This document shows, one piece after another, positions 46,865 through 56,132 of a DNA stretch of 64,000 nucleotides. Position 1 is the first letter of the stretch, and each line of letters opens with the position of its first letter. The DNA is taken from positions 32,001 to 96,000 of the IMG/VR virus record IMGVR_UViG_3300032770_000003. One strand, written 5' to 3'. Below the pieces are notes generated by a model. That model did not search any database, had not been told where the DNA came from, and was given only the letters and a program-made list of their open reading frames with translations. A program made the translations under genes and the position numbers. The DNA comes from a virus.

Positions 46865-48706
46865 TTACCGCCGGGTGTCGAAGGCGACAGTAACGGTCTG
46901 ATCGGAGTCAGCGATGTCAAGCGTCGCTGCCACCGTCAACACGTTCCCTTCAGACTGAAATGACAGCGCCCGCACATCGCTGATCCTAGTATCACCGAGT
47001 AGGGACGCGCGCGTGTTGAGCTGGAAGCCTACTAGGCTGCGAAGAAGAACTTTCCTGCCGATCGGGGCCTGAACACCAAAGTTTGGGTGGGTAGGGAGGG
47101 TGCCCTGCTCCGTCGAGAACTTGATCACGATCGCTTGCGAGAGGTTGTCGAGCCCTTCGATCTGATCGAGATCTCCCTGGGGATTGCCCCCGATGTCATA
47201 GATCGGGAGTCCGCCCGCCCCCTGCTCAGCGCGCAGCCGGAGATCGAGCCCCAGTCGAGTCGTCAGGTCTGACTGCTGCGCCACCTTGGTCGGAGACACC
47301 CCCGAGAGCGTCTCGCCCCCGCTGGTCGGGAACAGAATCGTGTCCCCTGGTCGAAGCACGTTGACACCGTCGCCGGTGGGGTCGATGTACGGCTGCTTGA
47401 GGTTGTTGGTGATGACCAGCTCTTTCCAGCGCGCCTGATCCCCGAGCAGGCGCTGAGAGATGGTGTAGATGTTGTCGCCACCGTTGATGGTGGCCAATGC
47501 AGTGCCGTTGCCGGCGGTCACATTCTGCAGATCGGTGGGACTGCCGCCTGTCAGCGGTGGCCGTCCATCGTTGTCGGTGTTCCGATAGGCCGAAGCTCGG
47601 GTATCGAACTGCTGACCGATGGATGGTGAGAAGAGCTTGTCTTGCGAGGTCACCCGGGTGCTCGCGCGCTGAATGCGCTTGGCGGCTTCCCGCACGAGTG
47701 CCCATTGGGTGCTGATGCCTTGCTGGGTGTACGCGTTTACCTGGTTCTGGAACGATGCCAGTGACTCCATCAGACCGATGGCGGAGTTGGCCAACAAGGC
47801 GACGGAGTTTCTCGGAATCGCCAGCCCCTGAGCTGTCGTCGCCAGCACGCCCGTCAACCCATCGAGCAGCGCCCGCGCGGGTGCTGTCACTTCGTTGATC
47901 GTCGCTTGTGCCACTCCGATCGTGCGGTCGACCAAGCTGTTGACCGTGTTCAGCGCCGCTGAAAGCTCACGTACGATCTGAGCGAGCGTCCCAGTCACCT
48001 GCTGGAGAGCGTTCCGTTGAATCCTGGAGTCAGGTCGGCGCTCCAGCAAGAAGGTCACCTTGCTGATGGTGCGCAGCTGGATCTCGTAAGCGAAGGTGAC
48101 GGGGTTGGAAGCGTCTCGCTTGGTCTTGAACGAGACGGGCTCCACCAGGTAGAATTCCCCCTCCTTCCCGTTCTGCCAGACCATGATGATCGACGACGAG
48201 ATGGCCGGGTCAGCCTTGAAGTCGAAGTACCTGCGAAAGAGGTTGCGGAGATCGATGAAGTCCTGAAAACCGCTGCTCTCTCCGGGTGGGAGCAGCGTCG
48301 TGGGCTCGATCGGGGTCACGGCAAACGGGTTCGGCACCCCCAGGATGGGAATCAGTGAGTTCTGTTGGCTGCGGTTCGGACGTAACCCGGTGGTGCCTGT
48401 GATGGTGATGGTCTTGTAGACCGAACCCTGGTGCTCGACGAACTGACCACCATCCTGGGTGGGGGTGATGGTCATCGACGCTGGCTCATCAAGATCCAGC
48501 GTCTTGGGGTTCATGTTGAACACGAACTCGATAGCGTTCGGACCCTTAGTTGCCGCCTGAGCCAGCGTGCTCCCTGGCGCACCATTCAAGGCTGTGAACT
48601 TCGTATCGAGCAGAGCAAGGGCATAGAGCCCCGCACTGTCACTGCGAGACGAGATCCGCCAGTTGCGTGGATCAGGATTGGAGAGGGTGTTGCTACTAGC
48701 CATCAC
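46865..48706 (-). CDS. tube-initiator-like + LysM + gp25-like baseplate fusion protein
   Basis: F.MNP...(tube initiator-like N-terminus), GDNIYTISQRLLGD..RW......N.L...PG..I (LysM), GDL..IEG.DNL.QAI...T..G.L..HP.FG...D.RI..V (gp25/W). Confidence 0.8.
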   Translation of the reverse strand: MMASSNTLSNPDPRNWRISSRSDSAGLYALALLDTKFTALNGAPGSTLAQAATKGPNAIEFVFNMNPKTLDLDEPASMTITPTQDGGQFVEHQGSVYKTITITGTTGLRPNRSQQNSLIPILGVPNPFAVTPIEPTTLLPPGESSGFQDFIDLRNLFRRYFDFKADPAISSSIIMVWQNGKEGEFYLVEPVSFKTKRDASNPVTFAYEIQLRTISKVTFLLERRPDSRIQRNALQQVTGTLAQIVRELSAALNTVNSLVDRTIGVAQATINEVTAPARALLDGLTGVLATTAQGLAIPRNSVALLANSAIGLMESLASFQNQVNAYTQQGISTQWALVREAAKRIQRASTRVTSQDKLFSPSIGQQFDTRASAYRNTDNDGRPPLTGGSPTDLQNVTAGNGTALATINGGDNIYTISQRLLGDQARWKELVITNNLKQPYIDPTGDGVNVLRPGDTILFPTSGGETLSGVSPTKVAQQSDLTTRLGLDLRLRAEQGAGGLPIYDIGGNPQGDLDQIEGLDNLSQAIVIKFSTEQGTLPTHPNFGVQAPIGRKVLLRSLVGFQLNTRASLLGDTRISDVRALSFQSEGNVLTVAATLDIADSDQTVTVAFDTRR

Positions 48707-49461
48707 TCACCTGTGACTGCTTTGAGCACCTCGCGGGGTTTGGCATTCTCGATCTTGTCGAGGACGCGGACCGCTTTGTGGATGTTGCCCTGGAACAACG
48801 AGCGCGAGTTGACCAACTCCTTGAGTGACTGAAGGACGGCGTCCTCCAGGGTGAACTCGTCACCAACCGGCTCCGTGGTGTTGTTCGTCAGAAGATCGGC
48901 CAGGCGCAGGATACGGAACGCCCGCGACCGATGTTGTAGCTCTGTGAGCGTCGCCGGTCCGTCTTGGATGATCTGGCAACCCAGACACTGATTCGGAGTC
49001 TGGAAGATGGCCAACAAGTACTTGCGCTCATCCTCAGTCAGGATGAGTGTCTTGCTTGGCATCCGCGCGTAGTCTTCAGCAAAGAACGACACGTCCAGCG
49101 TGCGCTTGAGTCCGATCGTGATGGGCTCCAACAGCCACGACAGGTCTGAATAGCGGACCCGCCTCTCCAGCACACCGAGCAGGTAGCGAGCTGCCTCGAA
49201 CTCCAAAGCATGTTCGGTCTTCGGTGCATCCGCATTGAGCCCCTCACGAATCATGCGGGCTATCTCGTCACGAGGCATGTCCTCGAAAAGGTTGAGCCCC
49301 AACCCATCCAACACGTCACAGTGCCGGCGGATGTGCTGCGGTGACTCCGATGAGAGGAGTTGGATTCGACAGTCTTGGCAGCGTCGCACAACGTTCAGGA
49401 CGAAGTTCAAGGCCGCCTTGTCGGCAGTGGTAAGGGACAACGGAATCGACACTTTCTTCAT
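48703..49461 (-). CDS. hypothetical protein with two CxxC repeats, possible fibre assembly chaperone
   Basis: LT..DK.AL...RCQDC and LT.DERKYL...QCLGC repeats; follows tail fibre. Confidence 0.6.
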   Translation of the reverse strand: MKKVSIPLSLTTADKAALNFVLNVVRRCQDCRIQLLSSESPQHIRRHCDVLDGLGLNLFEDMPRDEIARMIREGLNADAPKTEHALEFEAARYLLGVLERRVRYSDLSWLLEPITIGLKRTLDVSFFAEDYARMPSKTLILTEDERKYLLAIFQTPNQCLGCQIIQDGPATLTELQHRSRAFRILRLADLLTNNTTEPVGDEFTLEDAVLQSLKELVNSRSLFQGNIHKAVRVLDKIENAKPREVLKAVTGE

Positions 49462-49473
49462 TACGTCCTTCTC

Positions 49474-52074
49474 CTAACTGAGCAATCCAAGTGCTCTCAG
49501 CGCAACGTCGTGCTGCCGGAGAGCACGCGCCAGTTGATAGATGTCATTGCGAATCGTAGGCGCGTCCGTCGCATAGGTTGTGAGGTCGGTAAAGTCATCG
49601 ACCTGGTCTGTGGTTCCACCAGACGTCACGTTGTTGGTAAGGGTGGCGCCACGTGTCTGCTGCACAACAGGGGTGGCGTTGAAGAACCCAAGTTTCTGGC
49701 TCGTAGCGGTACCGATCTTGGTACCGGTAGAGGTGCCTACGACGATGTTCCACGCATCTCCCAACGTGAACGTAGTAGACCCAGGCGCCTTGTTCCCAAT
49801 TCCAACGCCGGTGGAAGTCGCGACGAAGGGAGGAACACCACCTCCTGCCGCGGTAACACCGTCGCTCGCAGTATCGTCAAGATACCCTCCCAGAGCGACG
49901 CTCCCTCCTTCGGTCACGTGAACAACGGAGCCCACACTCCAGAAGGACACAGACAACCAGTTACCCACGTTGTTGTCTGCGAGGTGGCGATAGATGAGCT
50001 GCGCCGCCTGGCCTGTAGCTCCTGCCTTTCCTAGATTGAAGCACAGGTGGTTCGTGTTGATGAAAGAGGGACTGAACACACTCAGGCCACTCGCGAAGTC
50101 TGACGTATCATTCACCTTCACATCTAGCTGCGCTGCAGGCGTTGTCGGCGCTCCGATTCCAACGAGCCCATTGACACCCGAGATCAATATCCGCGTGGCC
50201 GATGGATCGAAGATCGCGATCTGGTCGTTCGTCTTGTTCCGGAAGATGCCTCCCTTGAAAGTCGTGTTCGTCGAGGCGAACTGATACCCCATGAAACCAC
50301 CCGTGGTATCGGTGGAACACAGAGATACACAAGGAGCTGCTGCTCCTGCTGAGTTGTCTATGATTTCGAGGTCGTTCTGTGGACCAGTTGAGCCGATACC
50401 AATCTTGCCGTCGTACTGAATTCGCATCCTCTCTGAGAGGCCGAAGTTGTACGTCGAGAACGCGAGTCCCACGTGACCAGAAGCATCGTAAACAGATGCC
50501 AGCTTTACTGCATCAACACCTCCAACAACGTAGGCCAGTTCCTGATTGTTACCAACCGCATTCGGTGCGTAGAGATTGAGGAGTCTCTTGGTACCTGCAG
50601 AGGGTGTCTGGATCTCGAAGACTGAGGTTCCAGAGGACGTAGCTGCGCCGACCACCACCCGCCCCGAGACGGGCATCAGCGCCATGTCTCCGTTGGCGAC
50701 TACTTCCATCACGTCCGCCGCACGAACGGCGTCGTACATGAAGAAGTTGTTGTTGGATTGGCGACCGAACTGCCACTTGACGACAGCGTTCTCCGCCAGA
50801 TCCCATGCGCTCTGAAAGCTCACAGAGCCATCGAGTGAGATCCGGGCGCTGTTGCTGCCTGTGCTACGAAATTTGGCAACATAGCCGCCACTGAAGCCGC
50901 CTGTACTGGTGACGACTTCTAGACTAGCAGTAGGGGTCGCTCCCGTTTGAATACCAACGTCTCCTGCCTCCACCCAAATAGTGTTCGCGACAGCGCTCGC
51001 GTTGATCACCCGAATGACATCCGTCGCACCGCTGGCGCGCAGGATCCAATCGTCTGTATTCCGCGTACCATCACGACCGAAGTACCACTTTTCAGTGCTG
51101 GCAGTGCGAACACGGAACCCGTTGTAGACACCAGATCCAGCCGGTCCGTTGATGTCAACATTCGCCTGCTGAGTGGCACCAGATCCCGCCGTGAAGGTGC
51201 GAAACGATCCAGAAAGAAAAACAGTGAAACCAGTGTCACCCGTTAAGGCTGAGGTTCCACTCCAGTACGCCATTTCATTCGCTACACCTGTACCGGTAAC
51301 GGTTCCCGTCGTCGGTGTCACCCACTTGACGCCTGTGGTCTGTGTGCTGTCAGCCGTGAGCACCTGACCGTCTGAACCAACAGCCAGTCGTGCCTCGACA
51401 GTCGAGAACGTGTACAGATCACCTTTGGTCGTAAGAGGCGAGTAGGCCACACTCACGATCGTTGTTCCCGACCGCTTGAGGATCTGGCCATCGGTGATGG
51501 TGGAGATCGTGAGCTGGGTAGCCCCAGTGTGGATCGCTGTTACGGTAGGACTGGGGTACGTGCCACCCAGATCTCCGCTCGCCGAACCGGTGGGCGTGCG
51601 CGCATCCGATAGTCGTGAGTCGTTTCCTTGACAGATGGTACCCGCGGTCGTCCCGAACCCTGTTCCCACCACCGTCGTTCCGGATCGCTGGAAGAAGGTG
51701 GTATCTGGGATCGCGCCGTAGGTGAGCTGTGTCGGACCTCCCGTCTCGTGGAGCGCTACGACAGTCGGACTCGGGTATGTTCCACCGAGATCGCCGCTCG
51801 CTGGTCCAGTCGGCGTACCACCGCCGCCCCCACCACCAGGGGTGCCGATGATTGTTGTCCCGAACCGGGTGAGGACCATACCATCAGGAATCAGACCAAT
51901 GGTGAGGACGATACCGTCAGAGGTTTCGAGCTTCGCCGGTGCGTAGGTATCGACGATGGCGTTGCCCATCCCCTTGAAGATCTTGTTCCGATCCACGCCA
52001 CCAGACGCCCCCGCTACAGCGACGTCAATGGCGGACTTGATCGCCAGTCCGAGTATGTCGCCTGCGACCGACAT
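49474..52074 (-). CDS. tail fibre protein
   Basis: GDLGGTYPSPTV x2, GNDSRLSDARTPT, TTKGDL, G.DGQVLTADS, repeated ERMRI..G.(V/I)GIG...P...L.V beta-spiral repeats. Confidence 0.85.
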   Translation of the reverse strand: MSVAGDILGLAIKSAIDVAVAGASGGVDRNKIFKGMGNAIVDTYAPAKLETSDGIVLTIGLIPDGMVLTRFGTTIIGTPGGGGGGGTPTGPASGDLGGTYPSPTVVALHETGGPTQLTYGAIPDTTFFQRSGTTVVGTGFGTTAGTICQGNDSRLSDARTPTGSASGDLGGTYPSPTVTAIHTGATQLTISTITDGQILKRSGTTIVSVAYSPLTTKGDLYTFSTVEARLAVGSDGQVLTADSTQTTGVKWVTPTTGTVTGTGVANEMAYWSGTSALTGDTGFTVFLSGSFRTFTAGSGATQQANVDINGPAGSGVYNGFRVRTASTEKWYFGRDGTRNTDDWILRASGATDVIRVINASAVANTIWVEAGDVGIQTGATPTASLEVVTSTGGFSGGYVAKFRSTGSNSARISLDGSVSFQSAWDLAENAVVKWQFGRQSNNNFFMYDAVRAADVMEVVANGDMALMPVSGRVVVGAATSSGTSVFEIQTPSAGTKRLLNLYAPNAVGNNQELAYVVGGVDAVKLASVYDASGHVGLAFSTYNFGLSERMRIQYDGKIGIGSTGPQNDLEIIDNSAGAAAPCVSLCSTDTTGGFMGYQFASTNTTFKGGIFRNKTNDQIAIFDPSATRILISGVNGLVGIGAPTTPAAQLDVKVNDTSDFASGLSVFSPSFINTNHLCFNLGKAGATGQAAQLIYRHLADNNVGNWLSVSFWSVGSVVHVTEGGSVALGGYLDDTASDGVTAAGGGVPPFVATSTGVGIGNKAPGSTTFTLGDAWNIVVGTSTGTKIGTATSQKLGFFNATPVVQQTRGATLTNNVTSGGTTDQVDDFTDLTTYATDAPTIRNDIYQLARALRQHDVALRALGLLS

Positions 52075-52077
52075 GGA

Positions 52078-53952
52078 TTACTTGTTGGCCATCACCGTGA
52101 ATGAAGCGTTGCCGAGTGCGAAGTACGGAACGCCGGTAAAGGCATCGATTCCTGAGCCGATCACCACGCCATTCACAGGCGGTGTCAGACCGGTATTGCC
52201 GATCTCGACGGTGAGCGCCTTGAGAAGGATTTCGACTGGGCTGCTGACCGTGACCTCGCCTGAGTTGGCCGTTACGCTGACGTCCGATCCGGAGAGCGTC
52301 GCTGAGCTTCCTGCAGTGGCGGAGAGCTTGCCTGACGGTGCCTGAATGGTGACGTCGCCCGTCTGGGCGATGATCTTCACGACCGCGCCGGCTATCAGGT
52401 CGATCTCGTCCTTGGTGAAGCGGCAGACGGTGTTGGTCGTGCTCCGCTGCTGCTGGACAGGCGGATTCTGATCCCACAGGAAGTCCGGTTCAGCAGGGTC
52501 CCCATAGACTGACGGGTTCCAGTTGAACTCCAGCTGGCGGGTATCCTTGACCGTGACACGGATGTCCCCACCGTCCTGGATAGCCTGACGCTGCCCCTGC
52601 TTGAGCGGCTGGTTCGCTTCGCTGGTGTCGACGAGGACGGTGCCCTTGGAGGTGATCGCAAGCCGAGTTCCCTGGAAGCGCTTGACCGATCGGCGTCCTT
52701 GCTGAAGGGTGCCAGCTACTCCCGCGGTGGCCGGATCCGCTGAGTTCGCAGGGTGGGGCCACCACGCCAGCATGAAGGGTTGGTTGATCCGTCCGCCGAT
52801 GAATGACACAACGCAGTTGTGTGAAAGAAACCCATTAGCTATAAAGGTGTGTGTAGACGTCTGTAGTGCGACTACTTTCTGAATGCCAACGTCTTGAATG
52901 CTAAGAATGGGTACTCGTTCACTCTTCTTGCCGTGAACAACTGCGCCATTCCATAATTCACGTCCACGCAACAATAAACGTTTTGGTCTAATAGACCCAA
53001 GAAGTCTGAGACTCGGGCGTCCAGGCCCAGTCAGTTTGTATCGGAGACATTTTGAGTTAGGCACACGACGACTGACCTGACCACTTCCCCACACGAAGTT
53101 ACGCTCACGCAGCAGCTCAAGTACATGCTCTAGGACTACTCCGGGATTCTGCCCAAATCCCACACCACTACGGAATGGCAAACCACCAACCCAACCTTCA
53201 CCATCAAAAAAGCCAGCCAGATATCCAGCATCGTATGTCGTATCTACTTCCCAAGGCTCGATAGCATAAGATAAGTAATCACCAACCTGCAGTGTCTCAG
53301 CAGTCAACCATTGACGTACGCCAGCCTGGTATTCGATATTGCCGTAAGGACGTCTAGCAACCCACATGTGATCTCGACTACAAATGAGATCACCTTTTTC
53401 GGTTTTAATTCGTAGACACGGCTTTTCAATAATCTTCGTAGCCTGTACGATCGATGATCTGAAAGCTGTTTTTTGTGAGAGGCTTTCATCAAAACCAATC
53501 AATTCCTCACCCACCTTGAGCTGCTCGGCTGACCTCCAAACAAGATCAGCCCCTAATATTTTAGTGCCAAGTGCCACACAGAAGTCTCCGTCGAGCTTTG
53601 TCTTGGAGACGTCTTGCATGCTGTTGGTGATCTGGGCTTCGTCGATCGCTCCGCTGACTCCCTTGGGCAGCTCTTCGCTGTAGTTGTCGTAACCGGTGCT
53701 GCCCCGCGGGAGCACGACCACGTTGCCCAAGATCCACGGGCTGTCACTGCCATCGTTCAAGACCAGCACGCGGGCTTCGATCTGTGAGCCACGCCCATCA
53801 TGGGCAGCGTTCTGAGAGCGATTCGTCGTCTCGTCAGACGCATAGACGGCCAGGACGATCCCGAGCACGGGATAGTGAATGTGCTGGTGGCCGTAGTCTT
53901 CACGCTGGAAGCGGAGAGCCCCTTGCGTGACTGTTCCTGATCGACTGGGCAT
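52078..53952 (-). CDS. baseplate central spike (gpV/gp5-like OB fold + beta-helix), intein-containing
   Basis: LGIV..V...GDF[intein]CVVSFIGG....PF OB-fold motif; C-terminal V.I.A/T repeats; position after hub. Confidence 0.8.
   Translation of the reverse strand: MPSRSGTVTQGALRFQREDYGHQHIHYPVLGIVLAVYASDETTNRSQNAAHDGRGSQIEARVLVLNDGSDSPWILGNVVVLPRGSTGYDNYSEELPKGVSGAIDEAQITNSMQDVSKTKLDGDFCVALGTKILGADLVWRSAEQLKVGEELIGFDESLSQKTAFRSSIVQATKIIEKPCLRIKTEKGDLICSRDHMWVARRPYGNIEYQAGVRQWLTAETLQVGDYLSYAIEPWEVDTTYDAGYLAGFFDGEGWVGGLPFRSGVGFGQNPGVVLEHVLELLRERNFVWGSGQVSRRVPNSKCLRYKLTGPGRPSLRLLGSIRPKRLLLRGRELWNGAVVHGKKSERVPILSIQDVGIQKVVALQTSTHTFIANGFLSHNCVVSFIGGRINQPFMLAWWPHPANSADPATAGVAGTLQQGRRSVKRFQGTRLAITSKGTVLVDTSEANQPLKQGQRQAIQDGGDIRVTVKDTRQLEFNWNPSVYGDPAEPDFLWDQNPPVQQQRSTTNTVCRFTKDEIDLIAGAVVKIIAQTGDVTIQAPSGKLSATAGSSATLSGSDVSVTANSGEVTVSSPVEILLKALTVEIGNTGLTPPVNGVVIGSGIDAFTGVPYFALGNASFTVMANK
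52816..53580 (-). mobile_element. intein in baseplate spike (255 aa, one LAGLIDADG motif)
   Basis: DGDF|CVALGTKIL...CSRDH...YLAGFFDGEG...VVALQTSTHTFIANGFLSHN|CVV; markedly AT-richer. Confidence 0.92.
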
Positions 53953-56132
53953 CAGGTATTCTCCTGATCCACAAAAGCTGGAACGTAGTTGCCTCTTCGG
54001 CGAAGGTAGAAGGGCTGGTCCACACTGTTGTAGCCCAGCTGAATGATGTCATCCTGGTGACGGTCAATGGCTCCGACGGTTGCCCTGGTATCTTTCACGA
54101 CAAAATACTGGGCGAGGCGACCATCCCGGGTTCGGTTTCCAGCCGCCACACTGAGGGTGTTGTCTTGGTTGTTCAAGAAGGTAGGCGGAATGTAGGCTGG
54201 GAACGGATCGTTGCGCTGCCCGCGCGACACTTCGATCGTCGTAATCAGTGGACCCGGATAGGTCCACTGATGGTGAACAGACTCGACGTAGTAGCTCTCA
54301 TTCCGCTCGTACCAGTCGAGGCGGTAGCCCACGCGAATCTCAGGCATACCCCGCACAGTGATCGTTCCGGTCAGATACTCCGGGTTGTGGACGAACCAGT
54401 GGTCCATGAGCATGGTCCACCGGATGAGGTTCTTGCGCGGGAAGTGATTCCCCTTCTGGCCGCCTTGCGGGAAATCACCGTAGTTGGCGAACTCGGTCGA
54501 CTGTTCCTTGAGCCGGAATCCGTGCCGGCTGATGCTGATCTGGTTGACGATCGGGTTGAAGTTCGACAGCAGATCGCGATAGGCATCCGCTGGTATTGGC
54601 GAGCTAGCGTAGAGGTGAAAGGCGTTGATGATGTCATCGTCACTGCGCCCCAGCGCAGACGCCTGCACGTCAGTGTTGTGGATGACTACACAGTCGATGT
54701 GTTTGACCGGAGTGGCATTCGCGTTGTACTGGGATGGTTGGGGTGCGATGGACTCGGGATAGGTGTAGATGTGTCGGCCGGGAACGTTGGGTGAGACTGC
54801 GAAGACAGGACCAAACATGATGACCCCTGCGTTCACAGGAGGACTGTCAGCGTTCGGTGTCGAACCACTGGCGGTGACCACCAGGCTGCTCAGGTCCAGT
54901 GACTCAATCACTGAGTAGGGGTACTCACGGAAGACCACTGCGGGGACGTACTGGACAGCTGCAACTGTCGCCGGAAAGTCAGTCGTCCCATAGACGTTCA
55001 TGCCGATCTCATCAGGCGCCGTCGAGTAGGGACCGTGGTTGAGCCCATCCTTCTGTCCAACCGGTCGGAGATCGAAGATCAGCTCGTTGACCAGCTCGTT
55101 CGAGTGGCCGTACAGGAACTGAGACAGCGTCTGGTTGTTGGCCTGTGGGGTCGCCTCATTGAAGTTGAACCCATCGATGGCCAATGCCTCGATGAAGTCG
55201 AGGCTGAGGAGGTCGTGGATTCCGATCGGCAGCGACGGGTCGCTGACTGACTGGACCAGAGTCTGGAAAGCCAAGAGATCAGCGTTTCCTCTCAGACTGA
55301 GAGCAGCACTGCGCTTGTCGTCGATCGCTAGGAGATCTCCGGACTCTCCCGTCGCCGAGACCTGTTGATTGATCTGGTCGATGAGGTCGTTGATGGTCTT
55401 GTCGAGATCGGTGGGATTGAAGCCGAGCTGGGCAATCTGCTGAACGACCGTCGTAGGCAGGCGTGCCTTGGCCCGCTGAACAGCCCGCACACGCACGTTC
55501 TGGATGTTCGACTGGGTACGGGTATAGGTCTCGGGTAGCACCCACTGCTGTTGGAAGCCCAGCAGGATGCGCAGGAAGTTCTCGACGAAGTCAGCCGGCG
55601 TTCCCGCCATAGTGAGCCCAGCTTGCCGAAGTGCTGTGCCGCTGAAGTTGCCTTGGTTGGGGCGGCCAGGACCAGAGGTCGTGCGCAGGAACCGCTCGTC
55701 GAGCTGGGTGCGCATGTACTCGTTGAAGTAGATGAACGTCTTGTCGATGGCCTTCTGGAAGTCGGAGCCGATCACGACGTAGCGGGTCTGCATGGCTCCG
55801 TTGTCGTCGACGCTCTCTTGGCGCTCGACGCGATCCACGTAGCCCATGAGCACGCGCACGAACCCGCGCTGCCCATCTCCTGGATCGACGTAGATGTTCA
55901 CAACGTCGTCAGGGAAGATCAGGTTCAGGTAGTTGCGACGCGGGACGAGCTGAATCTGAAACTTGCCCAGCGCCTTGGTGTTCTTCGACGTCGAGAGCGA
56001 GATGGTATCAGCGGACAGATCGATAGTCTGAGAATCCAACACACTCGTTCCGCGCGTATGGGAATCGACACGCACCAACACCCGGGTGTGCATCCGGGTG
56101 GTCTTGGCATCCTGCTGAGTCGTGATCGGCAT
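53952..56132 (-). CDS. baseplate hub protein
   Basis: G.F.I.L.P...I..DDVV.I...MGYVD.V; GTITVRG.PEIRVG.RL...YYVESV.H.W...T..V.RG. Confidence 0.82.
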   Translation of the reverse strand: MPITTQQDAKTTRMHTRVLVRVDSHTRGTSVLDSQTIDLSADTISLSTSKNTKALGKFQIQLVPRRNYLNLIFPDDVVNIYVDPGDGQRGFVRVLMGYVDRVERQESVDDNGAMQTRYVVIGSDFQKAIDKTFIYFNEYMRTQLDERFLRTTSGPGRPNQGNFSGTALRQAGLTMAGTPADFVENFLRILLGFQQQWVLPETYTRTQSNIQNVRVRAVQRAKARLPTTVVQQIAQLGFNPTDLDKTINDLIDQINQQVSATGESGDLLAIDDKRSAALSLRGNADLLAFQTLVQSVSDPSLPIGIHDLLSLDFIEALAIDGFNFNEATPQANNQTLSQFLYGHSNELVNELIFDLRPVGQKDGLNHGPYSTAPDEIGMNVYGTTDFPATVAAVQYVPAVVFREYPYSVIESLDLSSLVVTASGSTPNADSPPVNAGVIMFGPVFAVSPNVPGRHIYTYPESIAPQPSQYNANATPVKHIDCVVIHNTDVQASALGRSDDDIINAFHLYASSPIPADAYRDLLSNFNPIVNQISISRHGFRLKEQSTEFANYGDFPQGGQKGNHFPRKNLIRWTMLMDHWFVHNPEYLTGTITVRGMPEIRVGYRLDWYERNESYYVESVHHQWTYPGPLITTIEVSRGQRNDPFPAYIPPTFLNNQDNTLSVAAGNRTRDGRLAQYFVVKDTRATVGAIDRHQDDIIQLGYNSVDQPFYLRRRGNYVPAFVDQENT

